A DNA stretch of 32,000 nucleotides. Source: Schaalia odontolytica. Lineage in GTDB: Bacteria; Actinomycetota; Actinomycetes; Actinomycetales; Actinomycetaceae. The stretch spans positions 540,001 to 572,000 of the forward strand of contig NZ_CP040006.1 of NCBI RefSeq assembly GCF_005696695.1, written 5' to 3'. This document shows, in pieces, positions 16,312-21,884 of this stretch. Below the pieces are notes generated by a model that was not told the origin of the DNA, searched no databases, and worked only from the letters and a program-made list of their open reading frames with translations. The translations under genes and the position numbers were made by a program. Positions within the stretch are counted from its first letter, which is position 1, and each line of letters opens with the position of its first letter.

Positions 16312-18030
16312 TCAGTTACCCGACTGGGAGCCGGTGGGGGTAGGGGACGGGGTGGGCGTTGCGCTAGGGGTCGCGCTGGGCGTGGCAGCGGGGGTCGGCG
16401 TGGAACCCCAGGTGCCCGAGGCATCGGGGGACTGCACGATCGTCAGCGTGTCGATGTCCGCGTCGTCGGTGATGAGGATAGTGATACCGCCGAGCGAGGG
16501 CTTTCCCCAGGCGGGGGAGGAGACGGTGACGCCGGAGCACTTGTTCAAGGGCTCGGCCCAGCCGTTGCCGTCCATATTGGTAGTGAGGTCGTCGATGCTG
16601 GACTGGCAGATGATCTGCACGGGCTGGCCCTCGGCCATCTGAATGGTGAGTCGGCTCCAGGCCTGCCAGTCGACCGTGATCGTCTTGGTCGTACCGACGG
16701 GCGCGCCGGTCAGGTCGAGCGTGGTCGAGCTGGTGGGGTTGCCTCCGCTGACCTTGTCGACCGTCCAGTCGAGCGTCGTCTGGTTGCCGATGGCGCCCAC
16801 GTGTGTGTTGATGAGGAAATCGGTGGGGTGAGAAGCCTGGGAGCCAACGAGGCCTGTGGGGAGTGCCATCACCATGCCGATGACCGACAGGACAGTGAGC
16901 CAGCCGGCGCTGCGATCGCGCAGGGCTGCAATCGCCAGGGACAGACCCACGATGATCAGGCACACGCCGCCGCCGACCGTGACGATGCGAGCGATTGTTT
17001 GCCCCTCGGTCTCACCGGTGATAAACGGGATGACGGGGCCCTTGTCGACCATGTAAATGCCGGCGAAAACGGCGGCCACCACCAGGATCAGCAGACCCGT
17101 GATCGCTAGGTTCACGCGACTGGAGACGGTGCGCGGGCGATGCGTCGGCATTGGGCGCGGGGTCCACTGACGAGGCCTGGGGGCGCTAGGCGGAGGCGTC
17201 CAGCCGGGGTGGGGCTGGGTGGGGCGAGCGGCGGCCGGGCGCGGCCCGGCATTCGCGCCCTGAGCGGCGGAGGTGGCGCCATCGGGGCGCGCGGCGTTCG
17301 CATTACCCGCGCTGTCTGCGGGGACGCCGTAGGCAGGGAAACCCTCGGGAGCCTGCGCGTTCTGCTGCTGCTGCGGCATGGTGCTGCCCGTGTCCTTAGC
17401 GCCCGGGGCGCTGTGCCCAAAAGGGTCGGATGCTCCCGCCGCCGACGCCTGCTGCTGGGGCGTGCCGTACTGCGGGTTGCCGTACTGGGGCGTGCCGTAC
17501 TGCGGATTGCCGAATTGGGGGGTCGCGCGGTTCGCGCCGGCCTGGGGGCCGCCCGAAGCGGATCGGGTGACGCTGACGAGCACGACGATGACGGCTGTGA
17601 TGCCAGCGGCGAGTGCCAGGAGCTGAAGCCACCCGAGCCCAAGGCCTCCGACGATACCCACCGCGGACAGCGACGAGGACAGGCCCGCAAGGATCATGAA
17701 GACGCCGCCGATCACTGCAATGTCGAAGCGGCCCTCCAGGGTCTCTTCCAAGTGGATGCGGCCGTCGGCGGCTTCGGGCAGGAGAAGCCACGCGAGTCCG
17801 TAAGCGATCGCCACGACGGGCATACAGAACGTGGCGACCACCATGAGGACGCGCACGAGCGACAGATCCCAGCCCTGGCGAGCAGCGATGCCCGAGCACA
17901 CGCCTCCGATTGCTCGCTCCTGAGCGCGGTACCAGCCCGAGCCTCGGACCGCGTCAAAGAAGCTGTTGCGGGGCGGGCGCTGCTGGTACTGGGCACCGGG
18001 GTCTGTTGTACCGTTCGGCCAACTCATCAT
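16312..18030 (-). CDS. PspC-domain membrane protein with a disordered Gln/Pro/Gly-rich middle, further TM helices, a beta-rich extracytoplasmic C-terminal domain and a Thr/Pro-rich tail
   Basis: Start set at MMSWPNG (ATG 18030), with AGGAAG 4-5 nt upstream; the track ORF runs 116 codons further into the divergent kinase gene. PspC signature: RAQERAIGGVCSGIAARQGWDLSLVRVLMVVATFCMPVVAIAYGLAWLLLPE. Confidence 0.75.
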   Translation of the reverse strand: MMSWPNGTTDPGAQYQQRPPRNSFFDAVRGSGWYRAQERAIGGVCSGIAARQGWDLSLVRVLMVVATFCMPVVAIAYGLAWLLLPEAADGRIHLEETLEGRFDIAVIGGVFMILAGLSSSLSAVGIVGGLGLGWLQLLALAAGITAVIVVLVSVTRSASGGPQAGANRATPQFGNPQYGTPQYGNPQYGTPQQQASAAGASDPFGHSAPGAKDTGSTMPQQQQNAQAPEGFPAYGVPADSAGNANAARPDGATSAAQGANAGPRPAAARPTQPHPGWTPPPSAPRPRQWTPRPMPTHRPRTVSSRVNLAITGLLILVVAAVFAGIYMVDKGPVIPFITGETEGQTIARIVTVGGGVCLIIVGLSLAIAALRDRSAGWLTVLSVIGMVMALPTGLVGSQASHPTDFLINTHVGAIGNQTTLDWTVDKVSGGNPTSSTTLDLTGAPVGTTKTITVDWQAWSRLTIQMAEGQPVQIICQSSIDDLTTNMDGNGWAEPLNKCSGVTVSSPAWGKPSLGGITILITDDADIDTLTIVQSPDASGTWGSTPTPAATPSATPSATPTPSPTPTGSQSGN

Positions 18031-18091
18031 GCACTTCCTCTCGATGGGATCCACACGGCGTGGATCGATACCACTACTCAACCAAAGAGAC

Positions 18092-18175
18092 GGGGTGTCC
18101 CGATAGTAGGGGACCCCCTGAACGGCCCCTGATTGTGGTGGGGGTACCCCGGGGGTAGCCCCCGTGGCATGCCAC
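18092..18175. promoter_or_regulatory. Divergent control region with clustered G4-N2-3-C4 palindromic motifs and a 12-bp perfect palindrome
   Basis: GGGGTGTCCC (18092-18101), GGGGACCCCC (18109-18118), GGGGTACCCC (18141-18150, perfect palindrome), GGGGGTAGCCCCC (18151-18163), GTGGCATGCCAC (18164-18175, perfect palindrome overlapping the kinase start). All lie in the 133-bp gap between the divergent PspC gene and the kinase gene. Confidence 0.4.
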
Positions 18176-19477
18176 AATGGGAACGTGAGCAGACCCGTGA
18201 ACTCCCCCCACCCGGGGTGGACTCCACCCATTCCGGCGCCTCCCGCCAGGCCACCGCTCGTGCGCGCAACCGCCGCGAGCCCGGACATGCCGGCCCCCTG
18301 GATGGCAGGCGTGTGTGCCGGATTGGCCGTGCACCTGGGAGTGTCGGTCGCTCTCGTGCGCATCATCATGATCTGCATGACCTTTGTGGGTCTCGGCTTC
18401 GGCGTTTACCTGTGGCTGTGGGTGACGGTCCCCGAAGATTCCCCGGAGCGAAGCGGTGAGGGCACGCTCAGCCCCGGCCTCGTCCGACTGCGCGAGGAAC
18501 GCGCCGCCCAGGTGTCGCGCAACCGCTTGATCGTCGTCGGCGTGGCCCTGATCGTCGGCGCGATCATCGGCACGATCCTGAACGCGACGAACACGCTGGA
18601 CTGGCGGGACATGGGGTCGATCATCACGATCGTTTCCGGTATCTCGCTCGTGTGGAGCCAGAGTCGAAACGTGAGTTCCTGGCGGTCGCTGCGCTTCATC
18701 GGGGCCGTCTTCGGCGGTATCGTGCTGCTCAGCCTCGGCGTCGTCATGGTGGCCTCGCGCGACAACCCGCCGATCATTCTGCTGCGCGGCGGCCTCATCG
18801 GGGCGGCCCTGGTCGCGGGCGTGCTCTTCGCTCTCGTCCCCATGTGGCTGCGCACGACGAAGGACCTGTCCCAGGCCCAGGCGCAGCGCGTGCGCGAATC
18901 CGAGCGCGCCGACATCGCCGCCCACCTGCACGACTCCGTGCTCCAGGCCCTCACTCTTATCCGCGCATCCGCCGAGGACCCGGCCCGCGTGCGCGCCATC
19001 GCCCTCACTGAGGAGCGCGAGCTGCGCGCCTGGCTCTACACGGGCCACGCGCAGGCCGCCGACTCCCTCGAGGCCGCCGTCACCGAGGCGGTCGTGGGCG
19101 TCGAGAGCCGCTACGGCGTGCCCATCAGCGTGGTCGTCGTCGGCGACATGCGCCCGGGCCCCGGTGAACTCGCGCTCGTCGCGGCCCTCGCCGAGGCCTG
19201 CCAAAACGCCGTGCGCCACGGCGCCCCGCCCGTCTCCGTCTACGTCGAAGTGCGCCCCCAGGCCGTGGAGGCCTTCATCAAAGACAGCGGCGAGGGCTTC
19301 GATCCCGCCTCGATCGCGGCCGACCGCCACGGCGTGCGCGACTCCATCGTCGGGCGCATGCGCAGGACCGGGGGAAACGCCACGATCAGGCGTCTCGCCC
19401 GCGGAACCGAAGTTGCTCTGAGCGTGCCGCGCTCCGATATCCTGGAAGAAACAGCGCCCAACGGGAGGACACAGTGA
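18164..19477 (+). CDS. Sensor histidine kinase (HisKA_3 / NarX-LiaS class) with an N-terminal PspC domain
   Basis: PspC-type segment: WMAGVCAGLAVHLGVSVALVRIIMICMTFVGLGFGVYLWLWVTVPE. Several TM helices follow. H-box ERADIAAHLHDSVLQALTLI. ATPase motifs QNAVRHG, DSGEGFD, GGNATI. The GTG at 18164 (GGGGG 8 nt upstream) is the likeliest start; 18185 or 18197 are alternatives. Confidence 0.85.
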   Translation: MACHNGNVSRPVNSPHPGWTPPIPAPPARPPLVRATAASPDMPAPWMAGVCAGLAVHLGVSVALVRIIMICMTFVGLGFGVYLWLWVTVPEDSPERSGEGTLSPGLVRLREERAAQVSRNRLIVVGVALIVGAIIGTILNATNTLDWRDMGSIITIVSGISLVWSQSRNVSSWRSLRFIGAVFGGIVLLSLGVVMVASRDNPPIILLRGGLIGAALVAGVLFALVPMWLRTTKDLSQAQAQRVRESERADIAAHLHDSVLQALTLIRASAEDPARVRAIALTEERELRAWLYTGHAQAADSLEAAVTEAVVGVESRYGVPISVVVVGDMRPGPGELALVAALAEACQNAVRHGAPPVSVYVEVRPQAVEAFIKDSGEGFDPASIAADRHGVRDSIVGRMRRTGGNATIRRLARGTEVALSVPRSDILEETAPNGRTQ

Positions 19478-20124
19478 CCATCCGCATCCTCGTCATCGAC
19501 GACCACCCCATGGTTCGGGCAGGCGTGCGCGCCGAGCTCGAAAACTCCGGGGCAGACCTGGAGGTCGTCGGCGACGCCTCCGACGTCGAGGGCGCCATCG
19601 CGGCCTGCCGCGCGCTCACCCCGGACGTGGCCCTCCTCGACGTGCACCTGCCCGGCGGAAACGGCGGAGGTGGGGCCGAAGTGGCCAGCACGTGCCGCGA
19701 CATCGAGGGTCTGCACTTCCTGGCGCTGTCCGTCTCGGACGCCGCCGAGGACGTCGTCCAGGTCATCCGCGCGGGCGCCCGCGGATACGTCACCAAGTCG
19801 ATCTCCACCCCCGACCTCGTCGAGGCCATCGGTCGCGTTGCCGCCGGGGATGCCGCCTTCAGCCCGCGCCTGGCTGGCTTCGTGCTCGATGCCTTCGGGA
19901 CCGGCGAGGTGTCCACGACCGACACCGAGCTGGACCTGCTGTCCGCGCGCGAGCAGGAGGTCATGCGCCTCATCGCCCGCGGCTACACGTACAAGGAAGT
20001 CGCCCACGACCTGTTCATCTCCATCAAGACCGTCGAAACCCACGTGAGTTCGGTCCTGCGCAAGCTGCAGCTCTCCAACCGTAACGAGCTGACGCGCTGG
20101 GCGATGCAGCGACACATCGTGTGA
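19474..20124 (+). CDS. Two-component response regulator, NarL/LuxR (FixJ) family
   Basis: GTGA overlap with the kinase stop. Receiver domain (ILVIDDHPMVRAG..., phospho-acceptor context VALLDVHLPGG, YVTKS). C-terminal LuxR HTH (LSAREQEVMRLIARGYTYKEVAHDLFISIKTVETHVSSVLRKLQLSNRNEL). Confidence 0.9.
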   Translation: MTIRILVIDDHPMVRAGVRAELENSGADLEVVGDASDVEGAIAACRALTPDVALLDVHLPGGNGGGGAEVASTCRDIEGLHFLALSVSDAAEDVVQVIRAGARGYVTKSISTPDLVEAIGRVAAGDAAFSPRLAGFVLDAFGTGEVSTTDTELDLLSAREQEVMRLIARGYTYKEVAHDLFISIKTVETHVSSVLRKLQLSNRNELTRWAMQRHIV

Positions 20125-20256
20125 GGTCGGACCCCTTTCGCGCGCCCCATCCGGAGCGAGCGGCCCATGCGTGCCTACAATGGAATCCCGAGAGCGTGAC
20201 AGCGCCTGACCGCCCCGCACGGACGGCCCCTTTATTTCCGCGACCTCGGAGGATGC

Positions 20257-21747
20257 ATGCACCGCATCGGTTTTGATAGTGATCAGTACATCGAGATGCA
20301 GTCTCGACACATTGCCCAGCGACGAAGCGAATTCGGCGGGAAGCTGTATTTGGAGTTCGGCGGCAAGCTGATCGACGACATGCACGCGTCGCGTGTTCTG
20401 CCCGGTTTTACGCCCGACAACAAGGTGCGTATGCTGCGCGAACTGGCCGACGAAGTCGAGATCATCGTCGCCGTTAATGCCAAGGATTTCGCGCGCCGCA
20501 AGGTCCGCGCAGACATGGGAACCACCTATGACGACGAGGTTCTGCGCCAGATCGACGAGTTCCGTGAGCGCGGCCTGTACGTCGGTTCCGTCGTCATCAC
20601 CCAGTGGACGGACGACAACAAGGCAGCCGCCGAGGTGAAGGAACGCTTCGAGAAGCTCGGCATCCGCGTCTACCGCCACTTCCCGATCCCCGGCTACCCC
20701 TCGGACGTCGAGCGCATCGTCTCGGACGAGGGCTATGGTGCCAACGAGTACGTGGAGACCAGCCGCAACCTCGTCGTTGTGACGGCTCCCGGACCGGGCT
20801 CCGGCAAGATGGCGACCTGCCTGTCGCAGCTGTATCACGACCACAAGCGCGGGATCGAGTCGGGGTACGCGAAGTGGGAGACCTTCCCGATCTGGAACAT
20901 TCCGCTGGATCACCCGGTCAACATCGCCTACGAGGCGGCCACCGCCGACCTCGACGACGTCAACATGATCGATCCCTTCCACCTGGAGGCCTACGGGATC
21001 AAGACCGTCAACTACAACCGCGACGTTGAAATCTTCCCGGTCCTGAACCGCCTCTTCGAGAAGATCCTCGGATCCTCCCCGTACAAGAGCCCCACGGACA
21101 TGGGCGTCAACATGGCGGGCCACTGCATCGTCGACGACGAGGCCTGCAGGGAAGCCTCGCGCCAGGAGATCATTCGCCGCTACTACAAGGCCCTCGTGAC
21201 TGAGAAGAAGGAGATGAGCGAGCCCGTGCAGTCGGCGCGCATCTCTCTGCTGATGAGCCGCGTGGGCGTGGGCCGCATGGACCGCCCGGTCGTGCGTCCG
21301 GCCCTCGAGCTGGCCGAAGCCACGGGCGAGCCGGCCGCCGCGATCGAGCTGCCCGACGGCCAGATCGTCACGGGCAAGACGTCGGCGCTGCTGGGCTGCT
21401 CCTCGGCGATGCTCCTCAACGCCCTCAAGAAGCTCGCCGGCCTGCCGGACGAGGTCCAGCTCCTCGCCCCGCAGTCCATCGAGCCGATCCAGCGCCTCAA
21501 GACCCGCGACCTGGGCTCGCGCAACCCGCGCCTGCACACCGACGAGGTCCTCATCGCGCTCGCGGTCAGCGCCAACGGCGACGACAACGCGCGCCGCGCC
21601 CTGGACAAGCTGAGCGCGCTGCGCGACTGCGACGTACACGAGTCGGTCATCCTGGGCCCCGTTGACGAGGGCATCTTCCGCTCCCTCGGCATTCAGGTGA
21701 CGACCGAGCCGGTGTACGCGACGAAGTCGCTGTACCGCAAGAAGTAA
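20257..21747 (+). CDS. DUF1846 / UPF0371 family protein (conserved, function unknown)
   Basis: About 496 aa, beginning [44 protein letters not shown]. Also contains [23 protein letters not shown] and [23 protein letters not shown]. This matches my recollection of the UPF0371 family found in Firmicutes and Actinobacteria. GGAGGA lies just upstream, and a TACAAT -10-like hexamer is at 20176-20181. Confidence 0.75.
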   Translation: MHRIGFDSDQYIEMQSRHIAQRRSEFGGKLYLEFGGKLIDDMHASRVLPGFTPDNKVRMLRELADEVEIIVAVNAKDFARRKVRADMGTTYDDEVLRQIDEFRERGLYVGSVVITQWTDDNKAAAEVKERFEKLGIRVYRHFPIPGYPSDVERIVSDEGYGANEYVETSRNLVVVTAPGPGSGKMATCLSQLYHDHKRGIESGYAKWETFPIWNIPLDHPVNIAYEAATADLDDVNMIDPFHLEAYGIKTVNYNRDVEIFPVLNRLFEKILGSSPYKSPTDMGVNMAGHCIVDDEACREASRQEIIRRYYKALVTEKKEMSEPVQSARISLLMSRVGVGRMDRPVVRPALELAEATGEPAAAIELPDGQIVTGKTSALLGCSSAMLLNALKKLAGLPDEVQLLAPQSIEPIQRLKTRDLGSRNPRLHTDEVLIALAVSANGDDNARRALDKLSALRDCDVHESVILGPVDEGIFRSLGIQVTTEPVYATKSLYRKK

Positions 21748-21755
21748 TCGCTTCG

Positions 21756-21806
21756 ACGAGGCCGGGGTTTCCACCGCGTATCAGCGCGGGGAGGCCCCGG
21801 CCTCGT
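21756..21806 (+). terminator. Hairpin downstream of the DUF1846 gene (12-bp outer stem with a structured 27-nt interior)
   Basis: ACGAGGCCGGGG (21756-21767) pairs with CCCCGGCCTCGT (21795-21806). An inner CCGCG/CGCGG pairing is also possible. Followed by TGTGTGCCGCCTTT. Confidence 0.5.
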
Positions 21807-21884
21807 TGTGTGCCGCCTTTCGTGGTTGGCACCACCCGGGGCGGGGGTCGCAGGTGAGGGTGGGGCGGTTTACCCTTGGAGGCG

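Noticed and set aside
16312-18378. 5'-extended versions of real genes in the ORF track: 16312-18378, 12235-13395, 13348-13812, 13745-15499, 1935-3077, 2948-3955, 6396-8276, 8327-9865 and 5746-6354
   Set aside because: The extensions overlap upstream or divergent genes or terminator hairpins, lack RBSs, and add non-conserved Arg/Pro-rich residues. In each case an internal start with an SD-like sequence and a family-typical N-terminus was chosen instead.
20125-20256. Possible riboswitch or terminator in the 132-nt leader upstream of the DUF1846 gene (CCCCTTTATTTCC tail at about 20227-20239)
   Set aside because: I could not find a convincing stem preceding the T-rich tail, and there is no match to any riboswitch core I know. 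Only a TACAAT -10-like hexamer stands out.
19240-21774. An 844-aa minus-strand ORF antisense to the response regulator and DUF1846 genes
   Set aside because: Same shadow-ORF artefact. There are no conserved motifs, it spans an intergenic region, and the sense-strand genes have clear family signatures.
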